Of a DNA stretch of 64,000 bases, positions 50,324-61,364 are shown one piece after another. The notes below the pieces were generated by a model that did not search any database, had not been told where the DNA came from, and was given only the letters and a program-made list of their open reading frames with translations. Made by a program: the position numbers and the translations under genes. Source of the DNA: Candidatus Tayloriibacteriota bacterium (GTDB lineage: Bacteria > Patescibacteriota > Minisyncoccia > Phycocordibacterales > CAIRYW01); contig JAQBQZ010000007.1 in the NCBI GenBank assembly GCA_028286725.1, positions 71,262 to 135,261 of the forward strand, in the 5' to 3' direction. Within the stretch, counting starts at the first letter, position 1. Each line of letters starts with the position of its first letter.

Positions 50324-51850
50324 TTATTTGTTGAAATAATTAGTTGTAAAATCAGCGATGATTTCCTTCAAAGAGTTTTCTGTCGCTTCGATCATCTGAT
50401 TTTCTTTGTGAACACTTTCGATAATCTCTTTGTGACTTGTTCGGAGGAATGAGATAAGTTTTGCTTCGTATTCTCGAATCTTTGATACTTCAACGACGTC
50501 TGCAAATCCTTTTGAGATAGCGTAGATTGCTATTGCTTGTTCTTCAAATGACTGACCTGCGAACTGTGACTGCTTCAAGAGTTCTGTAAGTCGTGAACCT
50601 CGATCAAGCTGTCGCTTTGTAGCTGGATCCAAGTCTGAACCAAACTGTGCGAATGCTTCAAGTGATCGGTACTGTGCAAGATCAAGCTTCATACCTCCAG
50701 AAACTTTCTTCATCGCTTTTACCTGTGCAGATGATCCCACTCGAGATACAGAAAGTCCAACGTTAATAGCGGGTCGAATACCTTTAAAGAAAAGTTCAGT
50801 TTCGAGAAATACCTGTCCATCAGTAATTGAAATTACGTTTGTTGGAATGTATGCAGAAATATCTCCAAGCTGTGTTTCGATGATAGGGAGAGCTGTGATA
50901 GATCCACCTCCAAATTCTTTTGACAATCGTCCTGCTCGTTCGAGAAGTCGTGAGTGTAGGTAGAATACGTCTCCAGGGTATGCTTCTCGTCCTGGTGGTC
51001 GCTTCAAAAGAAGTGAGATTTGTCTGTATGCCCAAGCGTGCTTTGAGAGATCATCATAAATCACGAGCACATCTTTGCCTTGTGCCATAAAATATTCTGC
51101 AATAGTACATCCTGTAAATGGAGCGAGGTACTGAAGCGCTGCAGGATCAGATGCAGAAGCTGAAACGATAACTGTATAGTCCATCGCACCTTCCTTTTTT
51201 AATCTTTCTACAAGCTGTGCAACTTTTGATTCTTTTTGACCGATCGCAACATATACACAAATAGTTGGAGTTTTTTCTCTTTTCTGGTGAATGATCGCGT
51301 CGATTGCGATAGCTGTCTTTCCAGTCTGTCGATCACCAATGATGAGCTGTCGCTGTCCACGACCAATTGGGATCATTGCATCGATTGCTTTGATACCTGT
51401 GTGCATCGGCTGGTTAACACCTTCGCGTGTGATAACTCCAGGAGCGATCTTTTCGAGAGGGTAGCGAGTTGCTGATTTGATCTCTGGTCCTCCATCTTTT
51501 GAAGTACCAAGTCCACCGAGCACTCGTCCGATCACAGAATCATCAACATTCACAGAAAGAGTTTGTCCTGTACTGTTTACAACACCACCTTCTTTGATAC
51601 CTGATCCATCACCGAGGAGAATTGCACCAACAGAATCTTCTTCGAGGTTCAATGCTACTCCTTGAATAGTCATTCCTTTTGAGTCAATAAAGTCGAGCAT
51701 TTCGTTATATGCTACATTTCCGAGTCCAGAAATCGTAACTACTCCGTCAGCAAATTTTGTTACTCTTCCTGTGTGGGCTACCTTGGCGTCAGTTTTGATA
51801 CCTGTGATTTCTCGTTTGATTGTGTCGATGATTGATTCTTTGTTGTTCAT
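50324..51850 (-). CDS. atpA: F1 ATP synthase alpha subunit
   Basis: Walker A GDRQTGKT; start placed at MNNKES (an in-frame ATG 33 nt upstream at 51883 is possible). Confidence 0.85.
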   Translation of the reverse strand: MNNKESIIDTIKREITGIKTDAKVAHTGRVTKFADGVVTISGLGNVAYNEMLDFIDSKGMTIQGVALNLEEDSVGAILLGDGSGIKEGGVVNSTGQTLSVNVDDSVIGRVLGGLGTSKDGGPEIKSATRYPLEKIAPGVITREGVNQPMHTGIKAIDAMIPIGRGQRQLIIGDRQTGKTAIAIDAIIHQKREKTPTICVYVAIGQKESKVAQLVERLKKEGAMDYTVIVSASASDPAALQYLAPFTGCTIAEYFMAQGKDVLVIYDDLSKHAWAYRQISLLLKRPPGREAYPGDVFYLHSRLLERAGRLSKEFGGGSITALPIIETQLGDISAYIPTNVISITDGQVFLETELFFKGIRPAINVGLSVSRVGSSAQVKAMKKVSGGMKLDLAQYRSLEAFAQFGSDLDPATKRQLDRGSRLTELLKQSQFAGQSFEEQAIAIYAISKGFADVVEVSKIREYEAKLISFLRTSHKEIIESVHKENQMIEATENSLKEIIADFTTNYFNK

Positions 51851-51928
51851 AAATATGTATTGTGTTGATAATTTTTTTTGCAAACGCTAATTTTAAATTA
51901 TTTTAAAACTTCCGTTTGCAAAAACTTT

Positions 51929-52297
51929 TTACTTTCGTAGCGCGTTTATCTTTGATGAAACACTGCTATCAATAATGTAATCTCCGATCTTTATGATACT
52001 TCCACCCAAAAGAGAAGGATTTGCTTTTGTTGTAACAACAAGCTTTTTGCCTTTGATTTCCTTTGGAAGATTGATCTCTTCTCCGTCTACAGTTTGAACC
52101 TCAGCATTCAAGACATTGTGTCTTTTGTCCCAGAGGTTACCAAAGTGCGCGAGTATCTCGTTTACTTTTGAGAGCTTTGCATCTTTGGTAACAGATTCAA
52201 TGAATTCACCGACAATTTGCTTTGACTCGGCATCGCTTTTAGACCCGGCAAGCGCCTGGTCCAAAACTTTCGCATATTGTTTGAGTAATAATTTCAT
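51929..52297 (-). CDS. atpH: F1 ATP synthase delta (OSCP) subunit, short form
   Basis: 122 aa, position between atpF and atpA, OSCP-like C-terminus. Confidence 0.6.
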   Translation of the reverse strand: MKLLLKQYAKVLDQALAGSKSDAESKQIVGEFIESVTKDAKLSKVNEILAHFGNLWDKRHNVLNAEVQTVDGEEINLPKEIKGKKLVVTTKANPSLLGGSIIKIGDYIIDSSVSSKINALRK

Positions 52298-52301
52298 CTA
52301 T

Positions 52302-52820
52302 TTATTTTATGAATGATTCAACTTTGAGAGTTTCTTTTGTTGCTTCATCGTTAAGCTTCTGTTTTGCACCGCTATCAAGGTACTTACCAACAGTTGCTTC
52401 AATTGCTGTTGCAACAACAGAGACGATCTCTTTTCGAATCTCTGCGTCTCTTTTGCTTTGATCTGCCATAAGCCTTGCTTCCGCTTCTTTAACTATTTTT
52501 TCTGCGTGGTTATGCGCATCTATCTCGAGTTTGTTTCGAAGCTCTTTCGCAGAAATTTCTGCATCTTTCAAAAGCTTTGCGCCGTTTGCACGCGCTTCTG
52601 CGAGAACTTTTTCTTCAAGTTCTTTGATCTCTTGAAGCTTTGCTTCAATTGAAGAAGATTTTTCTTCCGCATCTTTTACCATTGCTGTCCGGTCATCAAG
52701 TACTTTGAGAAGTGGCTTGTAGACAAGTTTAAATAGTACAAAAGCCAAAATCCCAAAGTTGATGATCTGGGCGATGAGAAGCTTCCATTCTATTCCGAAC
52801 GAGTGGATAAATGATTCCAT
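52302..52820 (-). CDS. atpF: Fo ATP synthase subunit b
   Basis: N-terminal TM helix followed by a long charged coiled coil. Confidence 0.7.
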   Translation of the reverse strand: MESFIHSFGIEWKLLIAQIINFGILAFVLFKLVYKPLLKVLDDRTAMVKDAEEKSSSIEAKLQEIKELEEKVLAEARANGAKLLKDAEISAKELRNKLEIDAHNHAEKIVKEAEARLMADQSKRDAEIRKEIVSVVATAIEATVGKYLDSGAKQKLNDEATKETLKVESFIK

Positions 52821-52966
52821 AATAATTTTCTGTTTTATTCTTTAAGAATTAAGCTGTTTTCAAAATTTCTAAATAGTTCTGATTCGTATTTTGTAACTGT
52901 ACTAAATGTACTGTGGAAAAATATGAATCCAAGAAATGCGACGAAATTTTGGGAACCGACTAATTC

Positions 52967-53239
<273 letters not shown>

Positions 53240-53429
53240 TTACTAATAATTATCGAGCTTTTAAGCCCTTTATAGAGAATATGATATCAAAAAACACAAT
53301 AAAACAAAAGGAAAGAGGGGGTAGACAAAACATTGTAATTGTGAGGTAAATTAGTGCTTTTTTATAAATCATAACCACAAACTTTAGGTCTGTGGTTATG
53401 ATTTATATTCAAAAATTTAAATATTTAAA

Positions 53430-54179
53430 TTAGTGCTCCTGATGATGTGCCTCAGTTGATCCAGCCATGAACATCATTGCAAGAACTGCGAATACGAGAG
53501 CCTGAATGAATCCTACGAAAAGCTCAAGACCTAGAAATGGAACTGGGATCACGTATGGGACAAGAAAAGTCACAATAAGCATGAGCACCGATCCAGCAAA
53601 TATGTTACCAAAAAGTCGGAATGTGAGAGATACGATTCGAGAGATCTCTCCAATAGCTTCAAGGATACCAACAAAGAAACCAATCGGACTCTTGAGAGGG
53701 TTTACCAAGAATTTGTCAAAATGGTGTCGGCCGAGGTGCTTCAAACCTACAAGATGAGAACCGATAACTACAATGATCGCAAGCGCGAGTGTCATGTTAA
53801 GGTCTGAGTTTGCAGTACGGAAAAACGGCACAAAGACTTCGTGACCATCTTCCATCATGTAATAACCAATAGATTCAATACCAGGGACCGTTCCGATCCA
53901 GTTTGAGATAAGTACGAGAAAGAAAATCGTTGCTACAAGAGGGAGGAATTTTCGTACATTTTTTCGTCCTCCTGCAAAACTATCCATGAATTCCATGAAT
54001 TGCTCAAGAACTATTTCACCGAGAGCCTGGAATCGTCCAGGGACCTTTTTGATTTTTTTGTAAAAAATAGCTGACAGAACAATTATCAAAACAATCACTA
54101 ATATATTAGTGAGGAATGCATTTGTGATTGCAACTCCGCCGATCTCGAAAAGTTTTTCTGGAGAAATGGATATATGCAT
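53430..54179 (-). CDS. atpB: Fo ATP synthase subunit a
   Basis: Conserved Arg region LTFRLFGNIFAG, 5-6 TM helices. Confidence 0.8.
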   Translation of the reverse strand: MHISISPEKLFEIGGVAITNAFLTNILVIVLIIVLSAIFYKKIKKVPGRFQALGEIVLEQFMEFMDSFAGGRKNVRKFLPLVATIFFLVLISNWIGTVPGIESIGYYMMEDGHEVFVPFFRTANSDLNMTLALAIIVVIGSHLVGLKHLGRHHFDKFLVNPLKSPIGFFVGILEAIGEISRIVSLTFRLFGNIFAGSVLMLIVTFLVPYVIPVPFLGLELFVGFIQALVFAVLAMMFMAGSTEAHHQEH

Positions 54180-54182
54180 AAA

Positions 54183-54497
54183 TTATTTAAGAAATTTTTT
54201 GATCTTTGTTAACAAAATAATACTTGTTGATATGAGTGAAAGAATGAGTCCTATGATAAGACAGAGTGGGCTTGTTTTGAGATTTTTGTCGAGAAGTACT
54301 CCAACAAATACAAATCCAGCTAAAGGAATTGCGATCGAAAATCCTACTTCAGTAGCAAAAGAGATAAGTTCGGCAGTTGTCATAGGTGCCTTTGTCTCAA
54401 ATACGCTCGGTTTTACTTCGTTATTTTCTTCCTTTTCCACATCACGATTATAAATTAAAACCCTATATTTCGCAATGTTTTGTGGTATTATATTCAA
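54183..54497 (-). CDS. AtpZ/AtpI-like small membrane protein (ATPase_gene1 family)
   Basis: GFSIAIPLAGFVFVGVLLDKNLKTSPLCLIIGLILSL matches the AtpZ signature; first gene of the atp operon. Confidence 0.55.
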   Translation of the reverse strand: MNIIPQNIAKYRVLIYNRDVEKEENNEVKPSVFETKAPMTTAELISFATEVGFSIAIPLAGFVFVGVLLDKNLKTSPLCLIIGLILSLISTSIILLTKIKKFLK

Positions 54498-55019
54498 ATG
54501 TCACAACCTCGCCATAAACACATTCCAAACGAACTAAAGTCAAAACCAGATTCAAACTTTGAGGCGTTGGCGCTCCGTGTTACAAAGTGGATCGGTTCAC
54601 CATCATCTATTATATTTCACACAGTATTCTTTATTGCGTGTTTTCTTGTCGGGTGGATGTTTAATGAAATAGATCATATGCTTCTTTTTCTTACAACCGT
54701 TGTGTCACTCGAAGCGATCTATCTTGCAATCCTCATTCAGCTTACTGTGAACAGAAATACTGAGAATCTCGTAAAAGTCGGAGAGGACATTGATGAAATT
54801 CAAGAAGATATCGATGAGATCCAGGAGGATGTCGGAGAGATTCAGACTGATGTTGATGAGATTCAAGAAGATATCGACGAGATTCAGACTGATGTTGATG
54901 AGATTGAAGAAGGTGATACAGTGGAAGAAAAAAGAGATAAAGAAATTAAAGCGACTGTAGAAAGTATTCAGAAATCTCTCGAACACTTGATGAAAGAAAT
55001 AAACAGTATTAAAAAATAA
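54498..55019 (+). CDS. DUF1003-domain membrane protein with C-terminal 7-aa (EDIDEIQ) tandem repeats
   Basis: LALRVTKWIGS...two TM...LAILIQLTVNRN pattern of DUF1003; 6 copies of a 21-nt repeat. Confidence 0.5.
   Translation: MSQPRHKHIPNELKSKPDSNFEALALRVTKWIGSPSSIIFHTVFFIACFLVGWMFNEIDHMLLFLTTVVSLEAIYLAILIQLTVNRNTENLVKVGEDIDEIQEDIDEIQEDVGEIQTDVDEIQEDIDEIQTDVDEIEEGDTVEEKRDKEIKATVESIQKSLEHLMKEINSIKK
54781..54906 (+). repeat. Six tandem 21-bp in-frame repeats (gaXgatatXgatgagatXcag)
   Basis: Encodes EDIDEIQ/TDVDEIQ heptads. Confidence 0.85.
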
Positions 55020-55034
55020 CAGATTTAACACAAA

Positions 55035-55379
55035 ATGACTGAAGGTAAAGTGCTCAAAGGAGATAAAAGTGCGACAAAATTAGGCTTTCCAACTGCGAAT
55101 ATAACTAATAAAGACAATGTTTTGCCGGGAATTTATGCTGGACATGTTATTTTGGCAGGGGAAACTTTTGATGCGGTGCTCTACGTGGGCAAAAAACGAA
55201 AAGAAATACTCGAAGCTCATATTCTCGATTTCAAAAAAAATATTTATGGAAAGACAATTCAAGTTGAAGTGATAGAAAAAATACGAGACGATGAAAATAT
55301 TTCTGATGTCGGATTACTCAAAGAAAAAATAGAAAAAGATACTATGGATGCATGGGCAATTCTTTTTGGGCATAAATAA
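55035..55379 (+). CDS. Riboflavin kinase (monofunctional, RibF C-terminal-domain type)
   Basis: KLGFPTANI, PGIYAGHV, EAHILDF, YGKTIQVE motifs. Confidence 0.65.
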   Translation: MTEGKVLKGDKSATKLGFPTANITNKDNVLPGIYAGHVILAGETFDAVLYVGKKRKEILEAHILDFKKNIYGKTIQVEVIEKIRDDENISDVGLLKEKIEKDTMDAWAILFGHK

Positions 55380-55625
55380 AATATAGAAATTAATCCTCTA
55401 AAGTTTTATCTATCGTTATGCAATATGATTATATTTTGCAGATTATAGAAATTACTTAATGTCTCAGTGATTTGCAGAATGATATAAATTAAACTAATAT
55501 TGCATAACAAGAAAAGTTTGGTTTTTCAAAATTTAAGCTGAATATTGATTAATAAGTACAGCAGTTTGTTTAATATGTAAAGTTCATATACCAAACTTTT
55601 TAATAGATAAAATTTTCTAGGATAA

Positions 55626-56219
55626 ATGTTTACAGGAATAATTCAAAAGAAAGCAAAAATAAAAAGTATCAGAAAAGAAAACGAAATCTTGGTTGTGAGT
55701 TTTGAGTTGCCAAAAAAGTTTGATATCAAAAATGGTGCAAGTATTTCCATAAATGGAGTGTGTTCAACTATTACTTCTTTTACAAAAAGTGAATTCAAGG
55801 TGGGATATATGAAGGAGACCTTGAACAAAACAAATGTGAGTGGATGGAAAATAAACGACTCTGTGAATCTTGAACCAAGTCTTCGGCTTGGAGATACTCT
55901 CGATGGACACTTTGTGTATGGACATATTGATACTGTGGGTACAATAAAAACCATAACAAAACAAGGAGATTCTCAAGTTTTTGAGATCAGTATTCCAAAA
56001 GAGTTTCTAAAATATCTTGTGTATAAAGGCTCTGTTGCGGTAAATGGAGTGTCTCTCACAGTGTCAGCACGGAATCCAAAAACTTTTAATATCTCTCTAA
56101 TACCGTATACTTTGGAGCACACGAATCTAGGAGATCTTTCGGTAGGCGATAGCGTGAATGTGGAAGTGGATGTAATGGGAAAATATATATTAAATAGCCA
56201 AATAAAAACCAAAAAATAA
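55626..56219 (+). CDS. ribE: Riboflavin synthase alpha chain
   Basis: MFTGII...ISINGVCSTIT...LGDTLDGHFVYGHIDTVGTI two-repeat lumazine-binding pattern. Confidence 0.8.
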   Translation: MFTGIIQKKAKIKSIRKENEILVVSFELPKKFDIKNGASISINGVCSTITSFTKSEFKVGYMKETLNKTNVSGWKINDSVNLEPSLRLGDTLDGHFVYGHIDTVGTIKTITKQGDSQVFEISIPKEFLKYLVYKGSVAVNGVSLTVSARNPKTFNISLIPYTLEHTNLGDLSVGDSVNVEVDVMGKYILNSQIKTKK

Positions 56220-56220
56220 A

Positions 56221-56679
56221 ATGCAAAGAGGAGAACAAAAAAAAGAAATCAAAAAAGTAAAAGATCTGTCAAAAATAAAAGTTGCACTCGTTGTTTCAGA
56301 ATACAATTCTGATATTACATTTCCGATGCGAGATGGTGCGATAGAAGAATTAAAATTTCATGGAGTAAAAGAGTCGAATGTTGAAGTTGTATATGCGCCC
56401 GGAGCATTTGAAATACCATTTCTCTGCCAGGGATTTGCAAAGACAAAAAAATACAAAGGTATCATTGCTATTGGATGCGTGATAAAGGGGGACACGGATC
56501 ACTACTATCAGATCTCAAATGAATCAACACGAGGAATTATGGATGTGATGTTGAAGCACGATCTCCCAATCACAAACGCGATTCTCACAGTAAACAATCT
56601 CGAACAAGCTAAGATTCGTTCAACAGGAGCAACAAACAAAGGTATAGAAGCAAGTCTTGCTTTACTTAAAGTTATTTAG
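56221..56679 (+). CDS. ribH: 6,7-dimethyl-8-ribityllumazine synthase
   Basis: KVALVVSEYNSDIT...YAPGAFEIP...AIGCVIKGDTDHYYQI. Confidence 0.8.
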   Translation: MQRGEQKKEIKKVKDLSKIKVALVVSEYNSDITFPMRDGAIEELKFHGVKESNVEVVYAPGAFEIPFLCQGFAKTKKYKGIIAIGCVIKGDTDHYYQISNESTRGIMDVMLKHDLPITNAILTVNNLEQAKIRSTGATNKGIEASLALLKVI

Positions 56680-56690
56680 TTTTCAAGCCA

Positions 56691-56742
56691 GTAAATAAAT
56701 ACAAGAATTGTCACGGTCGTGACAATTCTTGTATTTATTTAC
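56691..56742. repeat. Hairpin IR-A: perfect 24-bp-stem palindromic inverted repeat, 4-nt loop ggtc, overlapping the regulator gene stop
   Basis: gtaaataaatacaagaattgtcac-ggtc-gtgacaattcttgtatttatttac; core ttgtcac-ggtc-gtgacaa shared with IR-B. Confidence 0.9.
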
Positions 56743-57232
56743 GGTACTCTTTTGCCAGATTAAAGGTTTTGATAAGTTTATGTAGACCTATTTTTCGCAT
56801 ATATAATTTAAATTCATTTGGTAGTGGTGATGGACCTACCCAAACGCTTTGTTGTATCATTTTAAAATCGTATTCTTTTAGTTGTTTTCTTAACCAGTCT
56901 CGATATATTCTTTGATGTTCTGGAATATCGAACATTAATATTAACTTTCTTGGAGAACCTTTTTTAAAAGGTGATTTGAATTTTTGGAGATTTGTTTTGT
57001 GCTCAGTTAAGTATTTTTTTCCAGCATCGGTTATTTTCCAGGCCTCTTTGTTTTTTATAATTAATCCAGTTTTCTTTAAATGGTAAAGAGTACTTTGAAA
57101 AGAACGTTTATTTTTCTGGTAGGGGACACCAAAAAGATTCACGGTAACACCTTTATAATTTAATGTGGTATTCCAAGCTTCTTCTAAAATATCTAATATG
57201 AGCGACATACAATAATTATAATAAAAATACAA
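56735..57232 (-). CDS. Small wHTH regulator with Cas2/PaaX-C-like C-terminal domain (PaaX-like)
   Basis: Winged-helix-like STLYHLKKTGLIIKN...WKITDAGKKYL; C-terminal KLILMFDIPEHQRIYRDWLRKQLKEYDFKMIQQSVWVGP (Cas2-like beta-alpha-beta-beta-alpha-beta pattern); the true start may be ATG 57208 (MSLILDIL). Confidence 0.4.
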   Translation of the reverse strand: MYFYYNYCMSLILDILEEAWNTTLNYKGVTVNLFGVPYQKNKRSFQSTLYHLKKTGLIIKNKEAWKITDAGKKYLTEHKTNLQKFKSPFKKGSPRKLILMFDIPEHQRIYRDWLRKQLKEYDFKMIQQSVWVGPSPLPNEFKLYMRKIGLHKLIKTFNLAKEYRK

Positions 57233-57265
57233 TTTTTGTCACGGTCGTGACAAAAATTGTATTTT
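57224..57265. repeat. Hairpin IR-B: perfect 19-bp-stem palindromic inverted repeat with the same core as IR-A, at the regulator gene 5' end
   Basis: aaaatacaatttttgtcac-ggtc-gtgacaaaaattgtatttt; followed by T-runs on both strands. Confidence 0.9.
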
Positions 57266-57288
57266 GGTTTTTCTAAATTTTAAAGCAA

Positions 57289-58230
57289 TTATATTTTATA
57301 TGTTTGTCCTCCTCTTTGTTTGACGCATTCAGCTCCTAGTTTTGATGCGAGAATCATTGATTCTTTTATATCGAGATCATTTACTATTCCATAGATAATT
57401 CCTGCACGATACGCATCTCCAGCACCTGTTGGATCAACAACTTTTTTTACTTTGGGAGTTTTAATTTTTGTTTCTGATATTTCTCCGTCAATCATTTCAT
57501 AGAGAATACTTCCTTCCGTACCTTTTGTTTCGATAATATATGACACTCCGAGACTGAATATTTTTTCTAAATTAATTCCAAAAGAATTTTTGAGATATGA
57601 AAATTCTGAATCGTTTACTATGAGTATGTCTGAATTTTTTAGAGATTTTATAAGTGATTCTTCAGTGAAATCGATTGCGAGCATTTGTCCTGGGTCGAAA
57701 ATAACAAAAGCGTTAGAATTGATTTTACTAAATTCTGAAATCTGCTTTGTAATGCTTTTTGCTGTCCCTGGAGAGAATATTGCACATTTGATTTGTGCGA
57801 GTTCAGTATTTGAAAAATTACTTGAAAGAGAAAGGGAACCTATATGTTTGTTATATGAGCCACCTTGGAAAATACCGAGCTGGTCTTTGTTGGTGTCTGT
57901 CATTCCAAAGAATGTTGCAGTGTAGCCGTCTTTGTCGAGTTTGCCTCGGAATTCTGCTTTGTTATTTTTGAGCCATGCGCTATAGTCTGCAAAATCTTTT
58001 CCAACCACAGAGAGAGCGAATGAAGACTGATTTAAAAGCCCGAGTCCGAAACAGATATTTCCTGCGGTTCCGCCAAAATAGATTTCTTTTTCACGAGCTG
58101 TGAACATGAGATTTTGTTTGCTAGCGATTCCATTTTCAATTCTCACTTGGTCTTTGATAGAACTTCCAAGCTCAAAAATAGTATCAAATACGAGCGAACC
58201 TGATACCAATATATGTGATGTTTTTTTCAT
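57289..58230 (-). CDS. PfkB-family kinase (adenosine/ribokinase-like)
   Basis: DPTGAGDAYRAGIIYG anion-hole motif; immediately downstream of ahcY. Confidence 0.65.
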   Translation of the reverse strand: MKKTSHILVSGSLVFDTIFELGSSIKDQVRIENGIASKQNLMFTAREKEIYFGGTAGNICFGLGLLNQSSFALSVVGKDFADYSAWLKNNKAEFRGKLDKDGYTATFFGMTDTNKDQLGIFQGGSYNKHIGSLSLSSNFSNTELAQIKCAIFSPGTAKSITKQISEFSKINSNAFVIFDPGQMLAIDFTEESLIKSLKNSDILIVNDSEFSYLKNSFGINLEKIFSLGVSYIIETKGTEGSILYEMIDGEISETKIKTPKVKKVVDPTGAGDAYRAGIIYGIVNDLDIKESMILASKLGAECVKQRGGQTYKI

Positions 58231-58236
58231 TTTAAT

Positions 58237-59496
<1,260 letters not shown>

Positions 59497-59748
59497 TTAA
59501 AGTATTCCTTTTAATTCATCCTGATGCTCCTTTGCTACTTCCATCATTGCATCCATCTGGCTTTTGCCTTGCTTCATTTTCTCCTGTGCTTCGAGCGCGA
59601 TCTTTTGGAAGAGTTCTGGTTTTTCAGTAATAAGTCTCATTATCTTCTCTTTCTGCTCTTCTGGGACATTTTTGAGCTGTCTGTCGAGCATTTTTTTCAT
59701 TATAAAGTCTTTGAACATGGGGATTTGTTTTAGTTTTAATGCTACCAC
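59497..59748 (-). CDS. Hypothetical helical protein
   Basis: 83-aa Lys/Glu/Gln-rich ORF, 3-nt gap to ahcY. Confidence 0.35.
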   Translation of the reverse strand: MVALKLKQIPMFKDFIMKKMLDRQLKNVPEEQKEKIMRLITEKPELFQKIALEAQEKMKQGKSQMDAMMEVAKEHQDELKGIL

Positions 59749-59797
59749 TGTATCAAATATTGTGTTCTTTTGGAAGGAAATGTCATATAATCAGAAT

Positions 59798-60622
59798 ATG
59801 AAATTTCATTTTCATTTTAAAGTAATATTCATCATTATTTTCACAACACTCATTGGATTTAGTGTTGCGTTTACGCTTACAAATAGAAACGCAATGAAAT
59901 TTGTTGCTGATGTCATCGACAATCTCTCTCATCCAGAATTCTATCAGGCACTCGCGAACCCATCTGTCAGATATATCAAAGTAGCAGAAGGACTTCGAAA
60001 AGAGGAGATTGAGTCTGCGCTCGATGACAAATTCAATTGGACTGCGACAGACACCGCAGACTTTCTTGGGCACGATGAATACCGACAGAGCAAATTTGAA
60101 GGAAAATATTTCCCCGATGTCTATCTTATTCCTCGGGATGCGAGCGGGGCTGAAGTTAAGCAAATGATGAATCAAAGATTCAATCAAAATTATGCAGAAA
60201 TCAAAAGTTCAATATCAACAAGCACAGTGAATACTGACAAAGTGCTTACTATTGCTTCTATCATTCAGCGAGAAGCTGCGGGCAAGAGTGATATGAATCT
60301 GATCTCAGGAATTATTTGGAACAGGATTTTTAAAGGTATGCCTCTCCAGATGGATGCAACACTTCAATATGTAAAAGGAAATGAAGAAGAATGGTGGCCA
60401 GATGTTCTATCAAAAGATAAAAAATTAGACTCACCTTACAATACATATCAAAATAAGGGACTTCCGCCATCTCCTATTGCGAACGCTGGACTTGCTGCAA
60501 TCACTGCCGCACTCAATCCTCAAAAGACTGATTGCCTTTATTATCTCCATAGCAAAGGGCAAATATACTGCTCAAAAACTTACGCAGAGCATTTAAAAAA
60601 TATTGAGAAGTATTTGAAATAA
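59798..60622 (+). CDS. mltG: Endolytic murein transglycosylase MltG (YceG-like)
   Basis: TM anchor; EGKYFPDVY, ASIIQREAA, GMPLQMDATLQY, DSPYNTYQNKGLPPSPIANAG motifs; start at ATG 59798. Confidence 0.75.
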   Translation: MKFHFHFKVIFIIIFTTLIGFSVAFTLTNRNAMKFVADVIDNLSHPEFYQALANPSVRYIKVAEGLRKEEIESALDDKFNWTATDTADFLGHDEYRQSKFEGKYFPDVYLIPRDASGAEVKQMMNQRFNQNYAEIKSSISTSTVNTDKVLTIASIIQREAAGKSDMNLISGIIWNRIFKGMPLQMDATLQYVKGNEEEWWPDVLSKDKKLDSPYNTYQNKGLPPSPIANAGLAAITAALNPQKTDCLYYLHSKGQIYCSKTYAEHLKNIEKYLK

Positions 60623-60677
60623 AAAAACCAGCGCGAACAAGTCGTGCTGGATATGTAAAAAAGAACGAAGGGTTTGG

Positions 60678-60950
60678 CTACTTGTCAAATTTGAGGGTTT
60701 GAAGCCGGCTCAAGAACTTACCCTGTTTTCCTTTCAGGGGTTCAAAACCATGAGTGACTCCGTCTGAAGCGTTACATTCAACGTTCAGTATCCATCCTCC
60801 TTTTGGATAACCTCTGTCGGGCAAGAAAGTGACTCGGGCACCGTTAATGGCTTTGTAGTCTGCCATTTCCCCGATATGGGTAATGGGGGCCGAATATTTC
60901 AGTTTTTTGGCTCCTCCTGTGAGGGCTACGATTGTAATGTGTGCATGCAT
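60678..60950 (-). CDS. Hypothetical protein
   Basis: 90 aa from MHAHITIV; the longer ORF-track start would read through the terminator hairpin. Confidence 0.35.
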   Translation of the reverse strand: MHAHITIVALTGGAKKLKYSAPITHIGEMADYKAINGARVTFLPDRGYPKGGWILNVECNASDGVTHGFEPLKGKQGKFLSRLQTLKFDK

Positions 60951-61020
60951 GGCAGTGGTGTGAGTTCGTTGGCTCAGATAAATAAAGCACAAATTATCAA
61001 TAATGTAAAGGTGAATAAAT

Positions 61021-61045
61021 AAAAACTCCACTGAAAAGTGGAGTT
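61021..61045 (-). terminator. Rho-independent terminator
   Basis: actccact-gaaaa-gtggagt with a minus-strand T-run. Confidence 0.65.
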
Positions 61046-61061
61046 GAATTTCAAGAACAAT

Positions 61062-61325
61062 TTAGTGACTTGGAGTATGAATGGTTCCAAAACGCTTTTG
61101 GAGTTGATCGAAATGTTCCACTGGAAATATTTCATCATTGCTGCCATCGCGAGCTTTCACTTGCTCTTCATCTTCGTCAGAGATGATTTCAACAGCATCA
61201 ATGATTCTTCCGTTTCCAATTTTGGCGCCTGCGAGCCCACGGGCACTACCAATTTCGCTGAAAGTGACTGGACAAATACCAACCACCAATTTCCCATCTT
61301 CTTTCCAAGTAAATACGGCTTTCAT
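61062..61325 (-). CDS. Hypothetical protein
   Basis: 88 aa from MKAVFTW; divergent from ychF. Confidence 0.35.
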   Translation of the reverse strand: MKAVFTWKEDGKLVVGICPVTFSEIGSARGLAGAKIGNGRIIDAVEIISDEDEEQVKARDGSNDEIFPVEHFDQLQKRFGTIHTPSH

Positions 61326-61364
61326 CGCTATGAATAAAATCATAAATATGTTATTTTGTAAATT

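Noticed and set aside
55380-55625. FMN riboswitch upstream of ribE
   Set aside because: The region is uniformly AT-rich and lacks the conserved FMN-element boxes (AGGATAGGG...GACGGTG-like). No convincing pairing was found.
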